From assembly GCF_964204645.1 (NCBI RefSeq), contig NC_134025.1, forward strand, positions 6,572,001 to 6,636,000: a stretch of 64,000 bases of DNA, read 5' to 3'. Position 1 is the first letter of the stretch. The number at the start of each line of letters is the position of its first letter. A program made the position numbers and the translations under genes. The notes beneath the pieces were generated by a model. The model was not told the DNA's origin and ran no database searches. It saw nothing but the letters and a program-made list of their open reading frames with translations. Of this stretch, positions 30,611-44,900 are shown in pieces. The DNA is from Tubulanus polymorphus (lineage: Eukaryota; Animalia; Nemertea).

Positions 30611-33600
30611 TCAGAGTTTGATAAGTTATCAGCTGAGTTGCTAATGGTTTGTGTTTCTAATACCGGAAGTTGTACAAGTAACGACAAACGACAGTAAACC
30701 CGTCTTAAACCCGCTATCTTTCTGAGCGTTATACCGACTAGAAAATCCCGTTGAAAATCCCGTTGATCTGTCATCATAAATTCACAAGGTTTCTTTAACC
30801 CCTCCAGAAACCCCACAGGACAGATGGATACTTCACCGACGCTGTTTATACCTAAACAGAGAACATTCTATTCGTAACGCGAGGTAAAAGGTCCTTAGGC
30901 GTCTTCATACCTTCTTTTCATATTTCCACAAAGATTTTCGTAACTCATATTCTCAAATCACCTCGAATCATAGTTTCATATTTTAGTCAGAAAGTTCAAT
31001 TCGAACCAAGAATCCGTATATGTGACAAGTTATTTAATAACAGTCAGTTTTGAAATAGAATAGAAATATATACAAATTCCAAATTATATAAAAGTGCGGA
31101 GAACATTATCTTCACCTCGTTACTAATTCAGATTTTACGACTTCAGACTAAACTTATTACGTAATGCATGCCTACAAATGGTGACAAGTTTGTAATGCAC
31201 ATGTATGTATTTCAGTGGCTGTAGTTTGGCTAACCATTTTAATTCGATAATGTGAAATCGCATCAGAACGAAAGGAGCATAGTCGATAGTTAGGTATACT
31301 TAGAAAATTGTCCACTTTCTATCCATATCACCGCGCGGTAAGGATATTCACGATACCCATCACGAAATATTCAGATTTGACTCTGTGATTTAAAGATAAA
31401 GACATTGGGAAATGAAAGGTCATTCCATTTGAAAAGCAGTTCTTTGATTAATCGGTTCTGATCGGTTTCAAGGGGAGGGGGAATTAAAAATGACTAATCC
31501 ATATAAATTGTAATCATCTACCAACAATAATAGCGATGTGTTATGAAATTTCAAACGGGAGATTTTCGTTAAAAATTACTGCTAATGGAACAAAAGATGA
31601 AATGAAATTCATCAAAAAAATGGACTGACTTCGTTTGATAAATTCCACTATTTACTGATATTTCATATATGTATATCACGCAACACTTAGATTGACACGA
31701 ACCCCCTACTGCCCATCATTCGGAATGGGCGTATCATAACCGCTGGTGTTATTATAGGTGAACTAAATGATATCGAACTCCCGAGGGCAACGACGCAACA
31801 GGCTATAGTGTAAGGTCCACGTGATCCACGCTATTTGGAGACAAAAACAAATGTATTTACGGAAGTCACGTTTGACTTACATTGTATATATAAAGCTAAT
31901 TTTGTTTGTTCAATATTTCTATAAAAGACAGTAGTCGGGGCCGATGACTCATCTGAGTTACTGCGGACGCTGGGAACGATTGGAGGCGTGATTCAGTTAT
32001 TAACTGATCAGTATAGATTAAACAAACAAGTAATATTTCAATAAACAATGATAATTTGCCTGTTTACACTGCGTTCAATCGTTCTAATATCCGTCATTAA
32101 TACAGTCAGCTGATGTGAAATCGAAACCGTTCGCGGAACTGATAAAACGGAAAAAAATACACGGCAATTTTCAAACTTTGTTTTTTTTTTGTGGATCCCG
32201 GTATCGGCGAACAACTACGAATTGCTTCACTGAGATCCTAGAGAAATTTGTACGGCGATGAATAACGGAAAAGTACCTGATAAGTTGATTTGTACAAATT
32301 ATGTTAGGCTCGTCGTCTTCGTTTTGGTAGGAATTCTGAACCACATGCATAACTATATTACACCAGGGCATTTCACCGGATTTGGTCAACAGGCGCACGG
32401 TCAACATGCAACCTAACTCATGGTTCGCCTTTATCACTGAAAATAAATTTTCATTATACAATAATCATTATACTAGTTGAGCATCACTCAAAAGTTCCCA
32501 AAGTCCGGGGATGTAATTGGTCACGTTTGGAAGCATCCAAATGAGAATATTATAGCTATAATAGCTATTGGTTGCAAAGTATAAAATTTTGCCATCAAGA
32601 ATAGCAAACATCGTGTATTATGTTTCACCTAACAAAAGCGGAATATACAGAATGAATTAGAATGAATGAGAAGAATAATTGAAACATGTGTGTATTCATT
32701 ACAGTAGAGAATGGAGATACTACTTACGTTGTATATGTTTATCGCGAGCTTTTTCTGTGTCGTCCGGGTGTATGAGATCGTACCAGGATTTGTGACGTAA
32801 CTCTTCAGATGTATAACCGAGATGAAATTCACCTCTACAAATTTTCCATGAAATAAAACATTGTAAGTCGGGTGTCATATTCTTTGGGCACTTGCATTTA
32901 AGTTGAATCTAATTCAGATCTTAGGCTACTATGATTATCAAAAACCGAAAAAAAGAACTTACATGTTAGATATTTCGACGCAATGCATACTGAGAGTATG
33001 AACGGAACGAAATATTAGAGTTGAATTGGGTATCATAGTGTCCTTCAATTCGGGGGTTACTACCGGTGAACATATCCCGAAAAATACAGCCTGGTTTCCG
33101 TAATGGCCTGGATATTTTGGTAACAGAAAACGACCGCGAATATGCATCAACTACAAAACAATGATAATAGATTATAGATGGAACGATATTGTTGATTTTA
33201 TTCAGAATTAAGTAAATGCGGATTGTATTTGATCAAACCTTTTGATCTACTAGTCCGGGTTGTCGTCGTAATTTTCTGGACACGTTCATACTACATATAA
33301 AAGAGCGTTCGTCGCATCCCCCCTCGCTTGCAAGTGGTTGTTGCAGTTTTTCGCTGACTACCGCATGATCTCTCGAGTCAATGATGTCGTTGATTTCGTC
33401 CCCTTGGGTCATCATATCGACCTATTAAATACAATTGGAACCATAAGTATTATACTGATTGATCAAAAATTGGCTAACCTGCACTGGTTAAAAGAAACGA
33501 TTTTGATTTTACCTTGGAATGCCCTAAGTATTGTGTGATGTTATCTGATAGGTATACGAGTTTCCCGTCTCTCGTCATAACTATCAAAAATCCATTCAAA

Positions 33601-36600
33601 GCCTAGAAAATGAACAATGGAATACATGTTTTGGTATTCTTTAATGGATTGATCTACGTATTATCATTATGGAGAACGTTATTTATCTTACCTCGGTGAA
33701 ATCGTACGGAAGAGAAGAATAATGGCCGGGATTATACGGGAAAACTATGCAAATATAAAAATTCATGTATGATTACTTCACGTTAACCCACAGATAACGA
33801 TACGATAAGAGTATAAATCCCACGAAATAGTATTATAAAACATGGATTGTAATTCGTTAGTAGAAAAACTCCGTCGGCTATGAACTGGGTAATTACTCAC
33901 TGCGCGGAAAGTAATTACATTTACGGATGTATACGCAACTCAGGGACATGATCTGTAATTGTGCCAGTCTCTGTCGCGCTGTTTCGGGTAATGGTAACAA
34001 ATCTCTCATGATGGCCATTTGGTCCTTGATTTTCTCACGGCGGTCTTTGGAAGCATCGCGAGTGGTTCTAAATACATTCAATAAAGACCGATGAATTTTG
34101 GACATGACTTTCTCAGAGTTTTCGGCTTTTAGTGCTCATATTTCAATGAATTTTTTTTTTGCCCGTCGGACAACGATAAATGTTTCTTCATGCCTATATC
34201 AGTGAAACGTAAAAAGGCATCGTTTTGTGTTTAGTGTCATAAGTACTAATAGTTTAGTAATTTCATATCAATAAACGATTAATCATGCAGGATAGATGTA
34301 GACGAATTCCGGTAGGCAGTCACCTTGAAACATAGCAACTATCGTTTCGATCTGACTTTTTAGTGTAATCGAAGGTTCTCGTAAAACTATTGCTACAAAT
34401 CTAGCTCTGTTATAAAACAGCGAACAGTCGAAGCCTAATTCGAAAATGATTTAGAGACAGGTAGGTTGAATGTTACTAATATTGGCGCGGTGTTATTCAA
34501 AATTGCACTTCGACGCTCATTTGGATGACGAGCGATTGAGAGCGATTTGCCGGACAATAATAACCGCATATATCCTAAGACCGGACATGCAGAGGTTTTT
34601 AACAAATTCTAATTCCTAATCGAACAGTCTAATTAATGTTTATTGATATTAGTGAGTCATCCGTCTCAGTTTACATGTCGTGACCTGGGGAAGATGCTGT
34701 ATTTGACACAAAGGAATTATCGAAAATATCGTGACCCCTCCCTAATAGATCCGTCTGAAATTTATACCGGAGATTGCTTACAGTTACAGGTTTAATCGAG
34801 AAATAGGTTTGTCATGTTGATGGCTATAGCGTCATATCTTGATAAGATCAAGGAACTGGACACCGAAAAGGAAAAACCCGATTGCGGATCGGCAAGAACT
34901 GCACTTTTCGTAACTGTGAAGTCGTATTTCAAAACAGTTTGAATTCTCTTGAGAGTGGGTTGCTTCTATATATTATTGTAACACGATCGGGCGTGTTTTT
35001 CGAATAGGTCTTAGTTGCTCGCGTCCAGAATCTACAAACGTGACGCGGAGAAAAAGAAAATATTACGGACTACAAAATATCGTCGCTAACAAACGCCCAC
35101 TACTGGAATACGATGACATCGGATATTAAACACAGACCAATTTCACGAATGAGTAATTGCCACAAATGGGCTGTCATAAGTATGGTTCCTAGCCCTGGCA
35201 CGTGACTGACACCGTAACGAGAGTCCCACGCGCTGGACGGCATAACCTCGGGCACGCGTCGCACCCTCTCGTTGAGAAGCTTACGAACCTCATGCAGGAT
35301 TGCTAAGAATGATGCCGCGTAAATATGTGGGATATGTCAATTTCGATTTCAATTTTTTTCAGTATAGAAATCATACAATGACAGTACCTGTTTTCATTGT
35401 ACAGAAAGCCCCAGAAAGCTTTTTCTGCAATATTTAAAAAAGGACATTTTCCGGTATGTTGTCAATGGGAGCTCAACTTTTTTTACACGCTTCCTAGATT
35501 TTATAAATGGATTGAGAGTGATGCATTAGATGATTGTAATAATACATTGTTTGAGTGGCTACTCGGTGGTTTCCTTTTATTTTGAACGTTTTGTATACAA
35601 TCGGTAGATTCGTCACCACATTTCTATCATTAAATGTGCTTTATAGTCGACCACTGTTCGTATGACAGTTCAGATTTCTTTCCGACTTTTGAACAAAAGC
35701 AGTTGACCGGAGATGGTTTTGGCCCTAAGCTGTGGCGCGCGCCACATTGTTTATTGGAAACCCCTTAATAACGAACCCTCAGCGGACAACCCGCGTTGAC
35801 CAGTGTCCGCCCTGTTATTTGCCAGGTTACCTTACAAATCTTATGGATACAGGAGACGAATCCTTATGATAGATAATGCCGCCGCTGTGGTCAGTTATAA
35901 TGACCGACGTCTTGCCGATACAATGCGGTGATTACAAACTGCGTGTAAACGGATCAATCTAATTAAATCACGCAGGGATAACGAGAAACTTACTGCAGGT
36001 TATTGTCGAGTTGTCAACCTTAGAAACACCTGGTCAAATGGCACCGATTAATAGTAGATATTATCTCTATAATGCTTAGCAAATAGCCGTCTCGACGTCA
36101 GAACAGGGAGGTCTGGAGTAATTGTAATCACTGATTTTATTTGTCTTGTCAATGAAGTATACAATGATGAAAAATCGTTCACTTTCGTCTAGTTTTCTAG
36201 ATAAGGTCCGCGCCTGTAATCGCATGCCGTACGTGAAATCGGAGAGGTGTATCAGAAACCTAAAACCTCCCTGACACGATTGAACTATAAGGAAATGGCT
36301 AAGAACTCTGTTATGAGACAAAAAAATCGCACGTAATCGGTGTAGCAGAGTTCCGAGTTATCTGGCAAGTTTTATATTTTCCCGCCTTCTTAGAAGTCAT
36401 TTTCAATCACACTAAACGAACTTAAGCACAAAAAAATGCAACCCTCGTTTTGATGAAACAATCATCATGACTTGGCATTTTCGTTCAAATGTATCGAGTC
36501 ATCAAATGTTCCGCAAGTCGTGTCAAAGATATCAGAAAACCTTGATTACGTGTATCATCACCAACCCACATGAGCAATTTGGCTTATTATTATTTGCTGT

Positions 36601-37192
36601 TTGTGGTGACGGTTCCGAACGGCAAGGGAAACATCATTTACGCGCATTAAAGTGATGATAACAAGTCCCTGGATATACTTATCATTTGTTTATTCTAATG
36701 CGATATTGTAATTTTTTTATTTTAATGATAGTAAATGAATGACGAAAAACTGAAATCCATTCAAATAAATCCGCCAGAATCAGATCAAACGTCAAAATCC
36801 TAGACAAGTATTTATACAAGTTAACTTATGCATTTTGTGTTTTAAAACTAAATCAGATTTCGCACTGAATTTTGTTGATATTTATTGATTACGAAAAAGA
36901 AAATCATTATTTCATATTTTCACCATTTCACGTGATTGTTTTAACTCAAAGTACTGTATTATTTACTCAAAATCATCTTTAACTTAGGTATTTAGATCAT
37001 TTGATTTTATTCTGATATTTGCAAAGTTCCACTGCATTTTAGTTTAGATTCTGCTGTACACTGTTGGAATGAAAATCTGTGAAATAATTTTGTTCATAAC
37101 TTCGAAATTAAATTCGGGCGTAAGATAACTTAGAAAATATTCGATATTTATGTTCAGAAAACTTACCCCTGTTCATCGTGTACGGTATTCAT
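28287..37192 (-). CDS. NPAS4/dysfusion-like bHLH-PAS transcription factor; exons approx. 37167-37192 (candidate first exon), 33901-34067, 33692-33744, 33513-33603, 33239-33421, 32963-33150, 32727-32833, 32277-32436, 28287-29394
   Basis: b[52 protein letters not shown] (cf. NPAS4 STKGASKARRDQI...LLPL...LHIMSLACIY), [52 protein letters not shown]...[11 protein letters not shown], and a low-complexity C-terminus. The first exon MNTVHDEQG (phase 2) splices in frame; an alternative start is the ATG at 34105. Confidence 0.9.
30564..30607. repeat. (GA)n microsatellite
   Basis: About 22 uninterrupted GA units. Confidence 0.95.
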
Positions 37193-38949
37193 AACTTTCC
37201 GGTGGATACGGCAAGTCTCGGCCAGCGAGACCGAAATCACTGATAAACTACGGATAAACTGAACTAACAACTCTCAACTGTCCCTAGAAACTTCACGATC
37301 AGCGCATGCGCATTACGTACGCTTTTAAGTGAATCCTTGGAAGATGACATGAAACTTGAACCATCTCCCGTATAGCGATCGGAAAATCGACGCAGAATCA
37401 CGTTTTCAGCCAATCATCGAGAATTCGTTTAATTTACTTCTTAGATACGTATTATAGGTTTAACGCTGTTTACTTATGGGCGTTAACGATATGATAAGAT
37501 TACATTCATCCCGCCACCATTTACCATCAATTCATCCGAAGAAATGAGTCAGATTGATTTAAACCCGTGTCTGGGGGCGTGTTGATCAAAACCCACGTGT
37601 CGAAATGGAAAGTGTGTCGTGTGGTACGCGTATATTCGATTTTCCAAATCGTAAACATGAATATGTACATGTATATTTTAAGTTTTTCTAAAATTTCTCC
37701 GTGATCAAATATCTAAAAATTCTGCTTATCATTTGCGACTTTCCAGTTTTGAAAGGTAGTTAGTCGTTCAAAGGTCGACCCTGAATTAAAGCATAGATTC
37801 CTAAAAATTCACTCTTCAGCGGCGACTCTTCAATTCTCGCTTTCAAACTTACTTAACTTTGATTAGATGCCAAATTGCAGGAAATAGGGGCAAAACATTC
37901 GTCCGTTTTCACTCCAATACTCCAGAAGTTGTCCTTTTGTATAATTCAAAACTTGTGGTGCGGGGAAAGGAGTCCCTGGGCGCCCAACTAATTCATTTGT
38001 TTGTGAAAATCCAATCCTTCGGAGAAATGACTGTCTACAAGCCTGCTTATCCTCAATGAACGAAAGAAGCGAAGACTAAACAAGAATTTCAGAATGACAG
38101 ACGACTTTGTTGCTAAGAATAAATGCATTGAACTACAAGAAATTTTATATATATTGCACAATTGACAACAATATAAAAAAGTCCCCATTATTTACAACTC
38201 TCAAACTTCAAATCAATTGTACATACAATATCGATACAGTAAATTCGAAATAATGATCAGACATACAGCGTAGTAAACTCGATATGTTTCTCAACTCATT
38301 GTAGAAATAATTAGCCGTTCTGGTCACTTCCCTGCTAGACAGGCGATCATGTACATTTGATTTCTAAGCAAATTACAAAGACGATGACATATCATACGCG
38401 TAGGATTTTCATTCTTAGAATTTTCAAAAGCGGTTTGAAGACAAACGGTCTCAAAGATTGTTGCTAGTAACCGATAGCGTGTATAGCGCCGATTAGTCGT
38501 GTACTCGGGTAATACGAGCCAACGCTTTTACTATGAACACTTCATATTTCAATACATCAGAATGCAACACATTACTTAGTATGATATTCAGCACTGCTCT
38601 TTACATTTCAAATATCATCCACATTAAACGGTCCTTTCAGCCGTTGATCGTATTACACTTACAAACCACAAGAGAATAACACTCCGTTCTAACTTATCGT
38701 TCGCTTTCCTTTTATGGCAAAAACTGATCACAAAATATCGGATCAATCAATTACTTAATTTACAAAAGACCTGCACATCGACACAAACACCGATACGAAC
38801 AAACGCGGTTTTATGATAAAAATATATTTACAAACACAAGCACAAATATCAAATGTTCTGTATCAAATGCATACCCTACGAGATTTCCCTTCGCGTCGGA
38901 GAGACCGGCAATGAAACCGTCCTAAATCGCATTTTAAAAATAAATTCGA

Positions 38950-41900
38950 TCAATACAAATCATCATCATCGTCTTCGCTGATTGTATATCTGACGGCTTT
39001 ACGAGCCCGTCCTCCGGCGCGAGACGGAGCGGCTGCAGCAGCGGCGGCGAAATCTTCATCTTCATCATCACTACTCACAGCGGCAGCTCTCTTCTAGAAA
39101 TAACAATCAATTGAGGTTTTAGATTTAGCATCTTTTATTCATCATCGGCAAAAATATCACCCATAAATGTTAAGTAGAAAGAAGGTTGCTATAATGTCCT
39201 GCGATTTACTGCCAAAACTGACCTTTGATTTTTTCGGCGCATAATCTTCTTCGTCGTCGTCTTCTTCACTATCGCTGATGACCTTCTTCTTTTTTGCTGG
39301 CTTTTTAGGTTTCGGGCTTTCGTCCGAATCGGCCTTCTTTTTACGCGGTTTTTTAGGCTCGGCCACTTTCTTAGCCCGCGGCTTTTTCGCAGCTGTAAAG
39401 AAATTTCAATTACATCAGAAATGAAGATACCCGGTATGCCAGTAAACGAACTAGTAGACACGGCATTTTTCTGCTTCTTAAGGCTTTGATTAATATTGCT
39501 GAGAAATGTTTACCTTTATCTTTATCGTTTGATGGGAGATCAGTGGAGAATAATGAATCGGCGTTTGGCTGAGAGTCTGGAACAACATCAATATCGTCGC
39601 CATCACCGTCATCAGGTTCCGGTGCCCCAAACATTGTTTTCAGAGATTGCTGTCCTTTACCGACTACTTTAGGTGAAAAGTAAGACAAGGGTGAATATCA
39701 AAATATGCCAGAGCAGTTACAAGAATATTTCTTAGGTGATTTACCTTTGCCTAGTTTTCGTTTTTTTGGTGGTTCACTCGTTTTAGAAGTGGTTTTTGTA
39801 GATTTTGCGGCCGGCTGTTTGCTGATGATATCGTCAAACGTTACTGGCTTATTAACCGATTCATCTTTTCTCAAACCAAAATCATCATCACTATCTTCTA
39901 TTACCATGGCTGCATCTCCACCACCACCATCATCATGAGTCCCACTAAAATAGGAGAAAATAATTTCCAATAAACATATCACTTTTGGGTGGTACAAAAT
40001 CTCTTTTTTGTCCAACTAAAGCCTTTACATACTTTCTACTGGGAAACAAATCATCATCACTAATCGCATCATTTGCTCCGTTATCTTCTGTTGTGGCTTG
40101 GCTTTCTTTGATGCCGTCGTTATCAATGAAATCATCATCATCATCATCGTCACCATTGTCATCATCATCTTCATCATCGTCAAAGTTGTATTTGATTTTA
40201 GACGCTGCCGCTCGCCGAACATTTGTATCTCGCGGAATTACCGGTCGTTCATCATCATCGTCATCGTCTATATCATCATCAGCATTACTATCATCACTTT
40301 CATCGCTCCATGGGTTTCTCCTCTTTTTACCTTTCTTTGGACTTTTTTTAGGAGCTGTAATAACGACAATTAACGGCTGATTACAAAACAGGGTTCATAG
40401 TCTACAGACCAACATTCTTAAATGTCACAGGTCATCAGCTCTGAAGCAGGGCCGTACTTAGCACCGGCCGTTACCCTATCTGCTCATGTCCTTTTTAAAA
40501 ACTCTAAGTGAATTGAAACTTAGGGCAAACATGACTTTCTTACTGTTATGATGAATAATTTTTTTTTTCATCCAATAGAAATTTAATGTAGAATCCTCAC
40601 TTAGGACAGACAAGCATTTCGTTATAGGCCGAACGGAGTTTTTGTTACATTGGCGTTTGACTTTAGGTAACGGCTCTTTTTAGGATTTCTCTGTCCCTCC
40701 AAACATTCAAATGCTATGTACAGCCCTGTGAAAGGTAACTAACTGTCAGGGGCCATCCATAAAAACTCAGTTGCTCAAAGCTTATAATCAGCACCAGCCA
40801 TGTACTTAGGTACAAAAAATTAAAATGTTAATGATAAGTACCCTGGTACAAGTTTTATAGATAGCACCTAAGAATCAAAAAGAATACAATATAATTGATT
40901 AATTGAAAGAAAAGTAAAGAATTCCAACTCTGAAAATTAATTCATCATGCTCCCGACATTATACTCTAGTCCAGCATAATTGCTAGCACCAATTAAAACC
41001 ATGTTATTACGTGATATAAGGTGAGTAGAATTGAACATCATGCAGCATGCACTGTTAGTTAATGATTACTCTGATCAAACATGATAATTAGTCTACGTAC
41101 AGCCGGCTAAATCTTCTTTGTTCTTATTGGCAACTTCTGAAACTATGTTATAGACACTAGACAAACAAACAACAACGTACCATATATCAAATATCACCTC
41201 TCAATTAATGAGAGGATTGTGTTAAATTGCACACATCATGGTCAAAGCGCTCCACAAAAGCAAGGTCGAGAAAATGTGGTTTCTCCTTTAAGTAGAACTG
41301 GGTCATAACCGTTATTTGCCATTAACCTAAGAATATGTGTTGAATGAAGTTGAATCTGAGGAAAATGTCTTGCTCACTTGTCACAAATGCAACAAATTGC
41401 ATTAGAATATTTTTCTAAGAATAACACTTTCTGGGGAAAAAAACATCTATCTTTCGTCTAACGTCGATAAAATAAAAATACTACTGCTTAACCGTCATGT
41501 CACGACTAGGGTTAGTGGATTTCTATCAGCCACAATAAAATTTGTTGCAATTCCTAACATATTCCCTACACTAGACCTCTAAACACTATGATCGATAATA
41601 CACAGAAAAAGCAAAACTTCTGTATCAAATTTGAAGGTATCATGCAATGGTTCAATCATTAATGCTTACCACCGGCAGCTTTTGCTTTTTTGGGAGCGCG
41701 AGGTTTTTTCTCTTTTGTAGCCGCCGCTGGTTTTTTACTTTTCGCCGCGTTCTCTTTGGCTTCGTATTTCTCTGGACTCATTCCAATTCGTTCAGCTAAT
41801 GGTTTCATATTATCGTCTTCACCTTCATTATCCAGGAAATCTAATAGTTTCTGTTGCAGAGGATCGTCTTTCTTCTGCGTTATACGACCGAAGAAATTCA

Positions 41901-44900
41901 AAGCTAATTATTGTTTAATAAATCTTCCACTCGGAAATTTCATTTCCCGTGCGGCCAGAATGGCTAGGAGTTTTTGTAATAAATGATTAATATCTGTAAA
42001 TGGGTCATGTATTCTAAAGACCAATACTAATTTGTGAATACTTGGTTAATATTTCACTATAATTCTTAAGAGAATGAATGTACCTTGCGGCCTCTTCCGG
42101 TAGCAGATTCTTTTTTCTTGAGTATGTCGATAGCAGGCGCTACTCTGATACCGTGAGGCGACGGCTTGCATTGAACTGACAGACCTAATTTTCCACCCAG
42201 TTTACGACCTTTTCCCGCCGTTGCTTTGCTAAGTGCATTGACAGCCATTAAATCATCTTCGCGTTCTTTCTCTTCAATTTTCTAAACGAAGAATATAACA
42301 AAATCTTTATGCTTAGTCCATATAATTCAATCATACAACAGGAATTAATGAATTGAGCAAAATATAAGCTACTAACATCAAGTTCATCTCTGAAATTGGC
42401 GAGATCGTCTTTCCACAAATCTTTCGGCGTTTTTCGTCTCAATTTTGCTAACTCATCAGCCTATAAGACAAAAAGATCCAAAAGTTTTACATCAGTCAGA
42501 CCTATCAAAGGGGGTATCCAAATTATAAAAGACCATTCAGTTCGAGGTACCTTGGCGTCTTTTTGTTTCAGAAGCTCCTCTTTCTTCTCACGACTGAGGC
42601 TCCACAAAGCCATACCTAGAATATAGTTATAATCTGGTCCACTTTCTTTCTCTTCTTGTTCATCTTCAATATTTTGGTTCTCCTCTATTGCCTGCAAGCA
42701 TCATGCGGTAAACGATATATTTAGCCTGATAATCAAGTTGAAGATTCAACAGCTTTTTACAATAAAATACAATAAAAATGCCACACAACATAGAGATCCT
42801 CCCAAATCACTTGTACTGCTGGATTGACAGTGGTAGATTTAGAATATCTGACAATTTTTTATTTTTTATGAGAGTCTATAAAACCAAAGGACAACATTGA
42901 GACGCATTCATGCAAATCTAGTATTTACAATACACAAATATTTTACCCGTTGTTCCTCAGTCATCTAAAATTAACAACTTGATACAATTAATAACCAACT
43001 ACACGTACATGCATTCCTATTCCATCTAGGTTCCTTGATCATTTCAAGCCATAAGAAGTTTGCACAATTGACTTATATCTTACCTGTAATTTGTTCTGTG
43101 CTTCCTTCCAGCTTTTAACCGGATCCGAATCGTACCCTCCCCTCACTAACATCTGAACCAATTCTTTCTTCGGTTTATTCTCTACAAAATAGAACGGGCC
43201 CTAAAACATCCTCAAATATCATCCGCCGAATAGAAAACGTATCATCCTATTTATGGTAGAGTGATGACACGATAATTGTTTCGTACCGATAGAGATCTTG
43301 CCATCAATTTTCTCAACGATGAATCGAGCCTGATTGTCTAATCTGAGCGATTCAGCGGCGAGCATCCCCTCGAGGTAAACTTTCCTACGTTCGTAATAGT
43401 CTAACCTCACGCCGTAGAACTCTTTCAAAATTTCCTCCGCGTTATTGTATCGACGAATGCAACCATTCGAATCAAACAAAACCTAAAACAAATTGGATCA
43501 CACCGGCGTAAGCACAATGATACACAGGTTCACAAATTCTGTATATTCCCTATCGTAACGCACGTACCACAGAACTGAATGACATCTGTGACTGCAGTTT
43601 GAAGAATTTATGAAGTCCAAATGCTTCAGCTTCGCGCAGTTTTTCGGGGGTCAATTTGACGACAAATCTTACGGTAACATCGGTATGATATTCCTTATAA
43701 TCACTAAAATAACAAACACAAAACAGAGTTAATATTCTCAGACATAGGTAGCTTGCATTATGGGTTCAGAATAACATATTTCAAACTTACGTTATTTGAA
43801 CCGGGACTTTCTCAGATCCTTGTAACATTGGCTCCAAAACGGATTCTTTGTAATTCTGTATCCACGTTTTAACAGGTAATTCAGTAATTTCCACAGTTGT
43901 ATCATCAATAATCGATATTTCTCCGCTGAATACGTATTTGCCTTCTTCGATTTCATCGATATCGCCTTTGAAATTCTTATACCACGGTTTCTGAGAAAGT
44001 AAATCACAACGAATAAGGACCATTGTTCTGTTGTAGCTCGTTTGCACAAGGGACTGAAATTTACCACATGGGTCAAGAATATCACAGCCATTTTAGAAAT
44101 ACACCACCCCTTTGTCCGCAGTAAATAGTGGACTATGAGCTTTTAGCACTGATGTTGTCTGTTATGTTGACTGGTCGCAGAATTCTCCAAAAACTCACTT
44201 TTCAATATACATAGTAACAGTTGTCCAATGGAGAAAGCCAGGTCATAGGACAACGTACCAGAACATTTCACCCAGTGTGATTTTGGTATTAGCTAAAAAG
44301 CTAACATCTTTAATATAATCTCTACACAGAGATTCAGGTTATTGTTCTTACATACCATATATTGTGGTTCTTCCCCATCCATCATTCTTAAGAGATTATC
44401 AACGATTTCACGTTGATTATAGTTTGGCATTTTAGTGCTCCAACCAGTACCGATTCCTTCAGCTCCATTCACTAATGCCATCGGTATTATAGGCACATAA
44501 TAAACTGGCTCAATACGGACATTATCATCAAAGTTGTATTTATACATCGGGTCATCAAATGAATTGAACAGTAACTTAGTCGCTTTCCTGTCAAAATACA
44601 CCACACTTTACTTAATGACGGATAAAACAATTAATTCGCATAGTCAGATCGAACGAAGCAACAATAACATACCCAAGCTGAGTGAAGATATATCTAGGAC
44701 TTGCAGCGTCTTTGCCACCATGCAGACGTGTACCGAACTGACCGATCGGTTGTAATAGATTGATATTATTGCTTCCGATGAAATTCTGCGCCAAGTTTAT
44801 TATCGTACCCATGAGTGCAGCCTACAATATATAATACATATACAAGGTGGAATCATCCGGCTATAACCTAATAACATGAATAGGTGCCTATCCACCAAAA

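Noticed and set aside
39698-40380. Ser/Ile/Met-rich ORFs on alternative frames and strands
   Set aside because: These are shadows of the GAT/GAC-rich acidic TOP2 C-terminal exons.
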